A program made the translations under genes and the position numbers. Below the pieces are notes generated by a model that was not told the origin of the DNA, made no database searches, and saw only the letters and a program-made list of their open reading frames with translations. A stretch of DNA of 26,165 bases from Chiloscyllium plagiosum (Eukaryota), in the NCBI RefSeq assembly GCF_004010195.1, contig NC_057720.1, positions 22,837,206 through 22,863,370 of the forward strand, in the 5' to 3' direction. Below are positions 10,441-22,984 of the stretch, piece after piece. Numbering within the stretch: position 1 is the first letter of the stretch; every line of letters begins with the position of its first letter.

Positions 10441-10920
10441 TGAGAGTGCAGAAAAGATTTACAAGGATGTTGCCAGGGTTGGAGGGTTTGGCCCAAAGGG
10501 AGAGGATGAATAGGCTGAGACTATTTTCCCTGGAGGATTAGAGGCTGAGAGGTGACCTTAAAGAAATCATGAGGGGCATGGATAGAGTGATTAGCCAGGG
10601 TTTTTTTCCTAGGGTTGGAGAGTCTAAAACTAAAGGGCATATTTTAAGGTTAGAGGGGAAAGATTTAAAATGGATCTGAGGATTAACCGTTGCACACAGA
10701 GGATGGTGAATGTATGGAATGAGCTGCCAGAGCAAGTAGTGGATGCTGGTATAATACAACATTCAAAAGGCATCTGGATGGGTCCATGAATAGAAAGCAT
10801 TTAGAGGCACATGAGCCAAATTCTGGTAAATAGGACTAGGTCAGATTGGGATATCTTGTCCATGCAGATGAGTAGGACTGAAAGATCTGTTTCTATGTTG
10901 TATGACTCTATGACTCTATA
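10441..10920 (+). mobile_element. CR1 LINE 3' fragment, same family as 1899..3430
   Basis: agagtgcagaaaagatttacaaggatgttgccaggg (RVQKRFTRMLPG), aggctgagaggtgacctt, tggaatgagctgccagag, and the tail tatgactctatgactctat. Confidence 0.92.
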
Positions 10921-10989
10921 TTAATCATCTACCTATTTGGAGAGGGATGTGACATTTTTGGTTTCTCTTGGCTGACAACTTGGTTGTCC

Positions 10990-12410
10990 TGCTACTGGGT
11001 GCTGTCACTGAGCATCATTCAATGTTTATTGTCAGAGTTTTCTTCCTCAGTCACTATGTGCAAGACTGTCATATTATACATTGGTCTGAACTAGATTCTG
11101 TTCCTTCACAGTGTAGCGCAATGAATAGAACTGATTGCATTCAATCTGGACTGATTGCATTTCTGAGAAATCATTGCTGGTATGCAGGTAGTTGTGGTGT
11201 ATTTCACACTTAAACCTTCTGTTTGGTACATAGTTGTAGCAGTTCTCTGCTCACTCACTGGTTGTGTATCTATTTCATTCTCCCCCATTTTTGAAGAGTG
11301 GTGTCCTGTGACTCTCAGCGCCATTGGTTTGGTTTGAATCTCACAAACGATTATGGTGTTGAGAGCTGTGCACACTGGTAGTCCTGTCTCTTCTGGATCA
11401 TTGATATCTACCTGATAGAAGACTTCAGGAATCCAAGCTGATTTTCATTCTGACCCTGCTGTGTAATTGTGCCACTGCATGGAATTGAGAGTCTGTTTTC
11501 TATGCTGTGAGATGGCCATTTGAAGCTGGCAGTGTGGACCAATATGCTTGTTGGAGCATACATATTTTAGGACGTTTCACGATAATATCTTGGCACTATC
11601 TCCCACAACAATTTGAGCTTTCAGGGTGAGCCTTTTACAGACATGTGAATGCTGATGATGGATAAAAAGCCTGCGCACTTCTTATTGTCAATGTGGTATG
11701 TAATGTTGACAATACCAGGCTTGGCCATCAATCAAAATTTTCTCTTCAGTTTGTTCACTGTGCAGATGTTTGTACATCCTTGTACGTATTTCTGTGCTGC
11801 CAATGTTGTGGTGTTCTGCCGTCTTCTGGATAAACTGGGTCTTGTACTGGGGTCTGGTTCAACTTTTGAAACCAGATTCTCTGCACACATGTGCCCAATA
11901 TACTTTGGTGCCCCATGCTTTATTGATATAAGAAAATGCTGGAAATCTCTGGGAGGGTATGATAAACCACACTTAAGACAGGTCTTGCTGGTGTGGTGAA
12001 TTTTTTTGATCATAGCCATAATGTTGTAAACACCCAAAGCATGAAATTGGCCTATCACTATCTCTTCATGCTGGAGTCCACCTTCCAGCAAGGCATCGAT
12101 AGTATGGCCCTTTTGCTGTCCAATAGATCATTCCTGAAGGCTGTGATCAGAGTAGTGGTGATTGTTAACTTGAGTGGCCCATCTAAGAGTTTTTCTTCAG
12201 AGAAATGTCCGTTGCTGCAACGTCTAGTACAAAGTCATCAATAGACTCTCGGGGTTTCTATTTGTATGACAAAAAGTGGAGTCTATTGATCTGGGATTTG
12301 GTTTATACCTTGCGCTGGTGTTCAAGTATTCTACAAATCTTCTTTTATAGTCCTCAGAAAGACTAATGCAATTATTTGATGAAGTTCCTCTTTGCCAACA
12401 GCAAACGATA
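10990..12410 (-). mobile_element. Possible very decayed LTR-retroelement/ERV pol remnant
   Basis: Minus-strand peptides DDFVLDVAATDISL (12198..12239), KILIDGQ (11721..11741) and YHIDNKKCAGF (11666..11698) loosely resemble tether and RNase H motifs in the expected order. There are many stops and frameshifts. Confidence 0.25.
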
Positions 12411-12411
12411 G

Positions 12412-13893
12412 AAGAAAGAAAGAACAAAAAACAATACAGCACATGAACAGTCCCTTCGGTCCCCCAAGCCTGCACCACCACATTTTGCCCTTCCATGCTA
12501 AAACTGTCTTCACCTACAGGATCCATCTCCCTCTATTCCATTCTATTCATGTATTCATCAAGTTTTCTTGAATGCTGCTATTGTGTCTTCTTTCACCACC
12601 TCTTCTGGCAACACGTTCCAGGCACTCATCACCCTTTGTGTGAAAAACATGCCTTTGCACATCTCTTTTAAACTTCCCCCCTGTACCTTGAACCTGTATC
12701 TCCTAGTAATTGACTCTTCCATGCTGGGAAAAAGCCTACATATTCCACTCTATCCATGCCATTCACAATCTTATAAACTTCTATCAGGTCGCCCCTCAAC
12801 CTCCTGTATTCCAGTGAAGACAAACCAAATCTATCCAACCTTTCCTCACAGCTAAAATCCTCCATACCAGGCAACATCCTGGTAAGCCTTTGCTGTACCC
12901 TCTCCGAAGTATCCACATCCTTCTGGTAGTGTGGTGACCAAAGATGTACATAATATTCCATGTGTGGTCTATAAAGCTCTATAAAGCTGAAGCAAAACTT
13001 GTCTATCTTTATACTCGATGCCCCTTCCAATGAAGACAAGTGTGCCATAAGCCTTTTTTGCTATCTTAACTACCTTCACTACCGCCTTCAGTGATCTGTG
13101 TACCTACATACACAGATCCCTTTGTATATCAATACTCCTTAGAGTTATGCCATTCATTATATAATTTCCACCTGTACTTGACTGTCCAAGATGCATCACC
13201 TCACATTTGCCTGGATTAAACATCATCTGCCATTTTTCTGCCCATGCCTCCAACTGATCTATATCCTGCTGTATCCTCTGAAAATACTCCTCAATATCTG
13301 GAACTCCACCAATCTTTGCATCATCCACAAACTTACTAATTAGACCAGCTTTGTTTTCCCCCAAATCACTTATACCAACCACGAACAGTGGAGGTCCCAG
13401 CACTGAGCCCTGTGGAACACTACTAGTCACAACACTCTATTCAAAAAGCATCTTTGCACCGCTACCCTCTGTCTCCTATGACTAAACTAATTCTGTATCC
13501 ATCTTGCCAGCTTACCTTGATACCATTTGAATTCACCTTTTATACCAGTGCCATGATGGATCTTGTCAAAGGCTTTACTCGCATCCATGTAGACAACATC
13601 AACCACGATTCCTTCACCAATCATCTTCATCACCGCCTCAAAAAAACTCAATCAAGTTAGTGAGACATGACCTCCGTGCACAAAACCATGTCGTCTATCG
13701 CTAATAAGTCTATTTATTTCTAAATGCATATAGATCTTGTCCCTGAGAATCTATTCCAATAATTTCCCTACCATCGACATGAGAATTGCAGGCCTGTATT
13801 TCCAGGATTATCCCTGCTACCTTTCTTAAACAATGGGACAACACTTCAGTCCTCTGGGGCCTCACCTGTGGCCAAAGAGGATACAAAGATGTC
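12412..13893 (-). mobile_element. CR1 LINE fragment (RT domain to 3' tail), decayed
   Basis: ORFs 13104..13430 (SSVPQGSVLGPPLF...SKFVDDAKIGG...WAEKWQMMFNPGKCEVMHLG) and 12668..13048 (RLRGDLIEVYKI). The tail reads aagaaagaaagaac on the + strand. Confidence 0.93.
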
Positions 13894-14014
13894 AGTGCTC
13901 CCGCTCAAACCATCTTTTATTAGAGGTAGTACTTCTAGAGTTCTATTCTCAGGATCATCTATGGCTTTACCTGAGAAGTAAAGCTGCAGAATTACTTAAA
14001 TAGCTATAGCTTAG

Positions 14015-14506
14015 ACAATAGACAATAGACAATAGGTGCAGGAGTAGGCCATTCTGCCCTTCGAGCCTGCACCGCCATTCAATGTGATCATGGCTGATCA
14101 TTCCTAATCAGTATCCTCTTCCTGCCTTATCTCCAAAACCCTTGATTCCACTATCTTTGAGAACTCTATCCAAATCTTTCTTAAATGAATCCAGAGACTG
14201 GGCCTCCACTGCCCTCTGGGGCAGAGCATTCCACACAGCCACCACTCTCTGGGTGAAGAAGTTTCTACTCATCTCTGTCCTAAATGGTCTACTCTGTATT
14301 TTTAAGCTGTGTCCTCTGGTTCGGCACTCACCCATCAGCGGAAACATGTTTCCTGCTGCCAGAGTGTCCAATCCTTTCATAATCTTAAATGTCTCAATCA
14401 GATCCCCTCTCAATCTTCTAAACTCAAGGGTGTACAAGCCCAGTCGCTTCAGTCTTTCAGTGTAAGGTAATCCCGCCATTCCAGGAATTGACCTCGTGAA
14501 CCTACG
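14015..14506 (-). mobile_element. Young CR1 3' fragment with TSD
   Basis: Intact ORF2 C-terminus 14108..14479 (RLRGDLIETFKI...FFTQRVVAVWNALP), tail (agacaat)3 on the + strand, and agcttag duplicated at 14008..14014 and 14507..14513. Confidence 0.95.
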
Positions 14507-16532
14507 AGCTTAGTGGAGATATCGCTCGTTGCCCAATCTGTAATCAAATGCTTGCTTCCAGTTCTTGTTGCAGGGCTATTATTGCAGCTTTTCGTATTAT
14601 TGAAAGAAAATTCAGGTCTTGTTCATTACTTTCCTTTACTTGGTTTGCTGTTTTGTCCTTATATTTTTTTCCTTCTTTTGTTTCTGTTTTCCTTGATTTT
14701 GCACGATTGTGGCCTCATTGAGTGTCCAAGGCTGTCTTTAAAAAGGGCATGACTGACAATTTTCAGCATACTGAGGGAGATAACACCAAATAAGGAGAGA
14801 TGATATCAAACCACCTCTGGCGCTGAATTGAAGAAGACAAAATGGCGGAACCAACTGATGACGACACATGGATTAGCTTCTCTAGGTAGAAATCAATTTT
14901 CAGTGCTGAAAATGCTGTTTTTATTTCAAACAGGACAGTTGTACAGTTAAACTAACAGTATCCTCTGGTTGTTAATGTTAATTTTAAGCCTGTAAACAGC
15001 ATTTTGATTGCTGCTTCAACTTTTAATCCCGTAAGAAACATTCGGACTGCTGTATCTTTACTTTTAAGTTGGGAAGCAGGCTATGTATTACTTCTGTAAG
15101 CAGGATAGAAGGTTTGTAATTTTAAGTAGAAAAAATATAAGTATGCCTCCTGGCCATTTAAGTTAGAGATCTGTACTCATGTCAGCTTATTGTGGTTGGT
15201 CACCCAAATGTCTTATGATCCAAGCTGTCAGATCTTCAGTGACAATTTTTTTTTCCATATAGTTATTCGTGTTTACTACTGTGCAGCCTCTGTGGCATGA
15301 GATGCCACTAATCTGTGAAATGACATGATGATGTGCAAGATACATTGATGATCTGTCACTATCATGGGTGATTGTTGTGTTAGCTTCTATAACATAAGGA
15401 CAAGACATATGTCACATAGTATTGAAAAATTCAATGAATAGTCATGACAGCTCTTTGTACTACAAATGTATGTTACAATCACAGGCACTTGCATGCATGA
15501 ATGCACTGTTGTGCATCTCCCTCAATATATATGATGACAATGTTTTGAGCATGTTTCTTAAAGACATTTTACATATCTGCTAAAAGACATTACATAAAAT
15601 TGTAAAGTGGAAGATAAGGACGAAGAGCAATCAAATGCATACCCTGGTTCAGGATGTTAAGAATTCCTCACATCTCAAAGGTTCAGTTATTTAACCAAGA
15701 AACAATAAAACAAATTGAAGTTCTCATGCCAACCTAACTTACTTCTGCAATTCTACCTGCCCATCCTCCACCATTACCTACCACCCAAGATTGAATTAGC
15801 AGGAGGGATGCAAACATGGGCAGGGTGTGGAGCAATTCCAAATCACTAGATTTTATGTGTCATCGTTTTTTTTAAAAAACACTATAGTCAAACAACCATG
15901 GGCAAACTTTATAAGTGCTTTCTCTTATTTTGCCTGACTCTTTCTGATCATGCATTCATTCAGGCTTTAGGAGTGAGGATGCTGCTCAACATCCTGGATG
16001 GACTTGCTTTACCTCCTCTGGTTTCAGAGGGTCGCAGTGAAGGCTGCTCCAACTGCTTCAGTGCAGGAGCAGGCTGAGCTCTCAGTAGATAAGGCTGTAA
16101 GCTGAGTCCTGTATGAGGACAGATAAGAAATTTATCCTCATTCCATTCTGATACCTGTATCATGGCTCTTCTCCCACTTTACTGAACAGAAACTGTGATG
16201 CAGTATAAGGTGACAAATAAGATACCCCATATTTATTAAGGCGGAAGATACCTCATGGACGGCTTGTGTCATGCCTTACATGGGCTTATTTCAAGTTCCA
16301 TGATGTTGCTCATTTACTATATGGCAGACATTCTTGCAATTACTTGCAGCCCTGATTCATGAATGTTGAAGTTGGACTCTTCCATACACTCTGTTACTGT
16401 GCAAAGTGTACTTGGCACATATGCCCATCCCTCACTGCTGCTCTATATCGTTCCCCTTTTCAATGATGTCTCTTAGTGTTCAGCTGAGGATTGTATGGAT
16501 AGAATTGAGCTCTCTTATGCCGACTATTATCA

Positions 16533-16975
16533 GGAACAGTAGCATAGTGATTATGTTACAGAACTAAAATCCTGAAGCCATAAGTTCAAAGCCCATCCAT
16601 AGTAGCTGGAGAATTTAATTTTAATTAAAATTAGAAAGGAGAAAGTAGTAAAAGCAATGGAGGCTATGCAATCACCAGATTGCTATAAAATAAAATCATC
16701 TGATTCAAGGTATCCTTTTGGGTAAGGTATCTGCTTCGCTTAGATGTTCTAGGCTACATGTGACTTTAACTCCACTGCAATGTGAATGATTCTTAACCCC
16801 CTTTGAAAGAAGGCCTCTTTAGTCACTGGGAGAAAGTGAGGACTGCAGAGGCTGGAGAGTCAGAGCAGCGATATCATGAGGGTGTCTTGTCACCACCTTC
16901 TTAAGAGCAATTAGAAATATGGTATTAAGTACTGGTTTTGACAGTCTTGTGCCTGTCATTGTGAATGAATTAAAA
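16533..16975 (+). mobile_element. Diverged tRNA-derived SINE with a short PLE-end-like insert near 16825..16865
   Basis: Head gtagcatagtgatt...agttcaaagccc, core shared with 1385..1720, and 3' tgaatgaattaaaaa. The internal ggagaaagtgaggactgcagaggctggagagtcagag is absent from the other copy. Confidence 0.6.
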
Positions 16976-17029
16976 AGGTGTTGTCCCTCCCAGAATGTCT
17001 GCTTGTGCTCACTTGATAATTATGAATCA

Positions 17030-17996
17030 TCAACTAACTGTCAAACTGGACCCAGCAAAGTGTGCGTTTTTTCACTGGTGCATGACGTTATGTCCTGTGA
17101 CGATGCTCACTCAGAAGGATTGAGATTCTCTGAGGAATCATCACAGGTGTGTCCACAGACTGTTTCTCTACTCACGAAGACCCTGGAGGACAGAAGAAAC
17201 GGATATGAATTAGTCCTAACAAAGCAACAACCTTGCCAATTAGCATAACCAGTTATCGCACAGTTCAGTCATTTATGAAATAAAATCAGTGTGTGTGTCA
17301 GAGATAGTTTTTAATTCTGTCACTGGGTATCTGTGAGTTCCAAGTCTCACTGTCTGTGACTGAGAGAAATGCCAAGGTGTCACTTATCTCCAGGGCATCC
17401 TTCTCTGCATCTGTCAGGCATGCACAATTAGACCATGAGTGAGCTAACTTCACTGTACTCCCCCTCCCTTCATTTGGTGCTCTCTTCTCCAAATAAAGCA
17501 CAAACCTATGGGTGACTGTAGGTCATGTATTCAAACAATGTGTGCAATGCATTCATTAAGGGTGATTACGAGACAGATGTAACATGTTGCCAACATGTTG
17601 CATCAGGTTTGGAGTGAACAAATAAATGGAAAATGAACAAGTGTGCAGACAGTGAAGAAAAGGTATTCCTGAAACTGAAATATGAGGAATGATATGGTGG
17701 TGGGGTTCATTAAAAATGAGTGTGAAGCTGATGACTATAGCGTGACGGTTGATAATAGGTAGATGCATGTAGCAAGCACCCTCAGTTTTCCTAATTTGCT
17801 TCAGCCATAAACCACTTTCTCTTTTGTATTCAAGAACTGGATACAGTGCTCCTGCTGCACCCTTTCTGAGCCATTTTCAACTAAACCTTTTTAGTAAGAG
17901 AAATAAATAGCTTCCCCTTGTTACTGAGGAATATCATATCTCCTGTCTGACTACAGCCAGCAGTTACTCAAGGGAAGCATTGTTAAATCTCAGCGG
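17030..17996 (-). pseudogene. Decayed PIF/Harbinger transposon Myb/SANT-like gene (three exon remnants)
   Basis: 17805..17996 translates, with frameshifts, as PLRFNNASLE*LLAVVR...LTKKV*LKMAQKGCSRSTVSSS*IQKRKWF, matching the pattern PRFs..LE.Ll..V...W.eVA......RtwiQCRKrf of NAIF1/Harbinger Myb-like domains. ORF 17298..17501 has EKRAPNEGR...LTDAEKDALEI. An acceptor tttcttctgtcctccAG precedes an S/E-rich segment starting at 17182. Confidence 0.6.
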
Positions 17997-18292
17997 TCAG
18001 GGTTCATCTTGACCACATCTTACTGGCTCCTTCCTAAACCTCCACACTTCTCCAAATTCCAATTTTTGATTGCTCTTTAAAGAGGAGAGTTTGGAATGTG
18101 CCATGCACATGAATACATCAACTTGCTTGTGCAGCCTGGGAAATTCAGAAATAAAACTAACATTAATGAGTTGTGTTGAAGTCAGACTTTCAGGCTGCTG
18201 AGCTTTCCTTTGGGTTGATTACTGGCAATTTGTTTCCCCTCCTCACAATCCCCACCCATGGTGTTGAACCCACATCTGTGTTATATTTGCCA

Positions 18293-18760
18293 GGAATTGG
18301 TGTTGGAGAGACTGTTGGGTCTGAAGGCTGATAAGTCCTCGGAACCTAATGGTCTACATCCGAGGATGAAGGAGGTGGCTCTGGAAATCGTGGATGCATT
18401 GGTGATCATTCCCAACGTTCTATAGATTCAGGATCAGTTCCTGCGGATTGGAGGGTGGCTAATGTCCCACTTTTTAAAAAAGGAGGGACAGAGAAAACAG
18501 GGAATTATAGACCAGTTAGTCTGACCTCAGTGGTGGGAAAGATGCTGGAGTCAATTATAAAGGATGAAATTACGACACATCTGGACAGCAGTAACAGGAT
18601 AGGTCAGAGTCAGCATGGATTTATGAAGGGGAAATCGTGCTTGACTAATCTTCTGGAATTTTTTGAGGATCTAACTCTGAAGATGGACAAGGGGAGATCC
18701 AGTGGATGTTGTATACTTGGACTTTCAGAAAGCCTTTGATAAAGTCCCACATAGGAGGTT
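18293..18760 (+). mobile_element. Internal CR1 RT fragment
   Basis: ORF 18455..18739 (PLFKKGGTEKTGNYRPVSLTSVVGKMLE...SQHGFMKGKSCLTNLLEFFE), then ttggactttcagaaagcctttgataaagtc (LDFQKAFDKV). It ends abruptly at the next element's tail. Confidence 0.93.
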
Positions 18761-21613
18761 AGAACATAGAACATTGGACATAGAAAAGTACAGCACAGAA
18801 CAGGCCCTTCGGCCCACAATGTTGTGCCGAGGATTAATTCTAATCTAAAATAAAATAACCTAACCTACGCATCCCTCAATTCACTGCTGTCCATGTGCAT
18901 GTCCAGCAATTACTTAAAAGTCCCTAATGACTCTGCTTCCACTACCACCGCTGGCAACGCATTCACAACTCTCTGCGTAAAGAACCTACCTCTAACGTCT
19001 CCTCTATACCTTCATCCTAACACCTTAAAACTATGACCCTTCATGGCAGTCAATCCTGCCCTAGGGAAAGGTCTCTGGCTATTGACTCTATCCATGCCTC
19101 TCTTACCTTGTATACCTTGATCAGATCACCTCTCTTCCTCCTTCTCTCCAGAGAGAAAAGTCGAACTTCATCAACCTCTCTTTGTAAGACAAGCCCTCCA
19201 GTCAAGGCAGCAAATCTTCTTTGCACCCTCTCCAAAGCCTCCGCATCTTTCTGATAATAGAGCAACTAGAACGGGACACAATATTCCAAGTGTGGTTTCA
19301 CCAGGATTTTGTAGAGCTGCAGCAAAACCTTGTGGATCATAAACTCGATCCCCTCACAAATGAAAGCCAAAACACCATATGCTTTCTTAACAACCCTATC
19401 CATTAGGGTAGCAACTTTGAGGGATCTATGCACTTAAACACCAAGATCCCGCCATTCCTCCACACTGCCAAGAATCCTGTCATTAATCCTATATTCAGTA
19501 TTCAAGTTCAATCTTCCAAAATACATCACTTTGCATTTATCCAGGTTGACCTCCATCTGCCATTTCTCAGCCCAACTCTACATCCTGTCAATAGCCCTTG
19601 ATACTATCAACAGTGCCTCCAACCTTTGTGTCATTGGCAAATTTACTAACCCACCCCTCAACTTTCTCATCCAAATTATTTATAAAAACTACAAAGAGTA
19701 GAGGCCCAAGAACAGAGCCCTGAAGATCCCACTCAACACTGTCCTCCAGGCAGAATACTTTCCATCTACAACTACTCTCTGCCTTCTGTCAGCCAGCCAA
19801 TTCTGAATCCAGATAGCCAAATCTCTCCGTATCCCATACTTCCTGACTTTATGAATGAGCCTACCATGGAAAACCTTATCAAATGCCGTGCTGACTGCTT
19901 TTAATTATGCTATGCTTTTCCAAATAGTCATAAATCCTATCCCTCAGAATTCTTTCCAAAACCTTACTGACAACAGACGTAAGACTGACTGGTCTGTAAT
20001 TGCCAGGGATTTCCCTACTTCCTTTCTTGAAATGAGGAACAACATTTACCTCCCTGCAATCCTTCGGTACAACTCCTGTGGAGAGTGAGGAAGCAAATAT
20101 GTTCGCCAGTGGCTTAGCAACCTCCTTTCTTGCTTCCTGGATCAGCCAAGGATAAATCTGGTCTGGCCCTGGGGACTTATTAATCTTAATGTTTGCCAAC
20201 ATTTCCAGCACATCAACTTCATCAATCTTGATCTGTTCAAGCCTATTTCCCAGCTCCTCAAAGCTCTCATTCACAACAAGGTCCCTTTCCTTAGTGAACA
20301 CTAAAGCAAAAAACTCATTTAGGACTTCCCCTATCTGCTCAGACTCCATGCACAAGTTCCTTACGCTATCCCTGACCGGTCCTACCTTCTCCCTGATCCT
20401 TCTCTTATTCATCACATATGAGTAAAATACCTTTGGGTTCTCCCTAATGCTTCCCACCAAACCTTTCTTGCACCCCCTCTTGGCCTTCCTCAGTCCATTT
20501 TTGAGCTCCTTTCTATTAAGCCTGTAGTCCTCTAAAGCTGTGCTAGATCCTTGCTTCCTCCACCTTACGTAAGCTGCCATCTTCCTTTTGACAAGAAGCT
20601 CCTCTGTTCTCGTCATCCAGAGCTCCTTAATCTTACCTCTTCTTGCTTGTCTCAGTCACAACAATTGTTCCTTAAACAGTTTCCACATGTCTGTTGTGCC
20701 CTTTCTGTGGAATATTTGCTCCGAATCTGTACTTCCCAACTCCTTACTGACATAATTTGCTTTTCCCCAATTAAATATCTTCCCTTGGTAACTGTTCCTT
20801 TCCCTCTCCAAGGCTATGGTAAATGTGAGGCAGTTGTGGTCACTGCCACCAAAGTGTTCTCTCACTGTGAGATTTGATACCTGTCCTGGCTCATTGCCGA
20901 GCACCAAATCAAAACTAGCCTTTCCACTCGGCTGCCTGTCTACATACTGAGTAAGGAAACCCTCTTGAACACACCTGACAAAAATGGCTCCATCCAAACA
21001 TCTGCACTAAGGAGGTTCTAGTCAATATTGGGAAAGTTGAAGTCACCCATAACAACAACCTTGCCACATCTGCATTTTTCCAAAATCTGCATGCCTAAGG
21101 GTTCTTCAGTCTCCCTACTGCTATTAGGGGTCTGTATAAAACCCCCAATGAGGTGGCTGCTCCCTTTCTGTTTCTAACTTCCACCCATACTGACTCAGTA
21201 AACAAACCTTCCTCGACAACCTTCAGTTCTGTAGCTGTGACAGACTCTCTGATTAGCAATGCTCCACCCTCTCCTCTTTCCCCCCATCCCCGTTCTTTTT
21301 AAATGTTCTAAACCCTGGCACATCTAGCAACCATTCCTGCCCCTGTGAAACTCATGTCTCCGTTATGGCCATAACCTCATAGTCCCAAACACTGATCCAT
21401 GCTCTAAGTTTGTCACTCTTATTTCTGACACTCCTTGTGTTAAAGCAGACACACTTTAATAGATCCTTTTGTTTCATCACATGAAAAACCTCCAAGATAG
21501 ATTCACTACATCCTGTCATTGCCCCAATCTACAACTATCCCCCCTCAGATATGTCACTCTGGTTCCCACCTCCCTATCAAACTAGTTTAAACCCTCCAAA
21601 CCACACAAGCAAA
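18761..21613 (-). mobile_element. Long CR1 LINE copy: endonuclease region, RT and 3' tail, with internal deletions
   Basis: ORFs 20656..20997 (FLTQYVD...DLVLGNEPGQV...SDHN, APE end), 19879..20616 (KSPGPDQIYP...GNYRPVSLTSVV...SQHG) and 19050..19265. gtgacttcaactttccc (GDFNFP) lies on the minus strand near 21030-21050. The tail reads (agaacat)n on the + strand. Confidence 0.95.
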
Positions 21614-21619
21614 TTATTA

Positions 21620-21730
21620 TGGAGGCAGATAGACAAGTATGGTTGAGATCACAGCCACATCAGCCATGGTTTTAATGAACAGCACAATAAGCTCAAAGAG
21701 TCAAATAGCTTACTCTGTTCCTGAGTCATT
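21620..21730 (+). mobile_element. Old CR1 3' UTR remnant
   Basis: atcagccatggttttaatgaacagc...gctcaaagagtcaaatagcttactctgttcct resembles the remnant at 7585..7905. Confidence 0.5.
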
Positions 21731-21880
21731 GATGAGTCAGAACCCCATGTGTCTTTAAGCAATGTGGAGTTAGACAGCAGAGAACATTGGGCAAAAAAAA
21801 AGAAGAAAGGATGTACCATTGGAGTCCAGAAGAGGATAGAGGGAGGTGATAGAAACTGATGGGCAGATGGGAAAGTAAAG

Positions 21881-22174
21881 GGGTGGCACGGTTGCTCAGT
21901 GGTTAGCACTGCTGCCTCACAGCACCAGGGTCCCAGGTTCAGTTCCAGCCTTGGGCGACTGTCTGTATGGAGTTTGCACATTCTCCCTGTGTCTGCATGG
22001 GTTTCCTCTGAGTGCTCTGGTTTCCTCCCACAGTCCAAAGATGTGCAGGGTAGGTGAATTGGCCATGCTAAGTTGCCCATAGTGTTAGGTGCATTAGTCA
22101 GGGGTAAATTGGTCTGGGTGGTTTACTCTTTGAAGGGTCAGTGTGGACTTGTTGGGCCGAAGGAATCTAATCTA
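21881..22174 (+). mobile_element. HE1 SINE
   Basis: Collinear with 9497..9812. It lacks the ~20 nt just before the aatctaatcta tail. Confidence 0.92.
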
Positions 22175-22984
22175 TAGGTGAGATGGCATTTGGGGAGAGA
22201 GCCATTGAAGCATTGGATGTGTCAAAGAAACGAGTGCAAAAATGGGAGAAAGTCAACTTTTGAGAAGACACAGATTACAGCAGGGTTACTAGAGGACAGT
22301 TAGAGACCAGGGGGAGCTAGAGAACCAAAGAACAATGGGTTGGAGTTAGATTTAATATGATATGAGTGAGAGAAGGAGTTTGATTTGCAACAGAAAGGGA
22401 GGGTAAAGATGAAAACAATGAGAAGGAGGATGTAAACAACAGTGAGGGGCAAGTGGAAGAGTGCAAGGCAGTGAGAAGGAGGAAGCTCAATCTTCCATTT
22501 TTACAGACTTCCATCCTAATCATCCTATTCACAGTTACATGTTCCCTTCATAGTAGCATCTGTGGAGATAGGCAGCCTCCAGCTGTTCCTTTGAAGGACA
22601 TTTGGTATGGCTGCTCCACACCCGAGAAAAACGCCTGCAAAATTCAAGGTATAATTCAGCAAATTTAACAGAAGAGTTTAAAACAAGAGTCTAATTTGCA
22701 AAGCAAGCTTTGTGTCGGAGGTGCAAGAGCAAGTTCACAAATTCACTCCACAACATCACCTGGTGGCCAGGTTGCACAATTACACAGCATGACAAGTTTA
22801 CATAGTCATTTCTACTATAAATATGGACATGAGAATTTGGAAAGATAAAAGATCAACACAAAAGGGTTGTCGACATAAGATCTTTATTAAGATATAAGTG
22901 AGTCAGAGCACAGAGGTTCTAATTTACCAGTGCATTCATTTCTAAATTAAGTCCAACGAGAAGATGAAGGGGAATTTAGATGTT

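Noticed and set aside
14817..14835. tggcgctg as a tRNA primer-binding site
   Set aside because: It is not preceded by an LTR-ending CA and is on the opposite strand to the putative pol remnant.
22535..22640. Minus-strand exon-like segment (ttttgcAG...GTaact)
   Set aside because: The donor is weak, the peptide is unrecognisable and it lies opposite the better exon candidate. It may be another decayed transposon piece.
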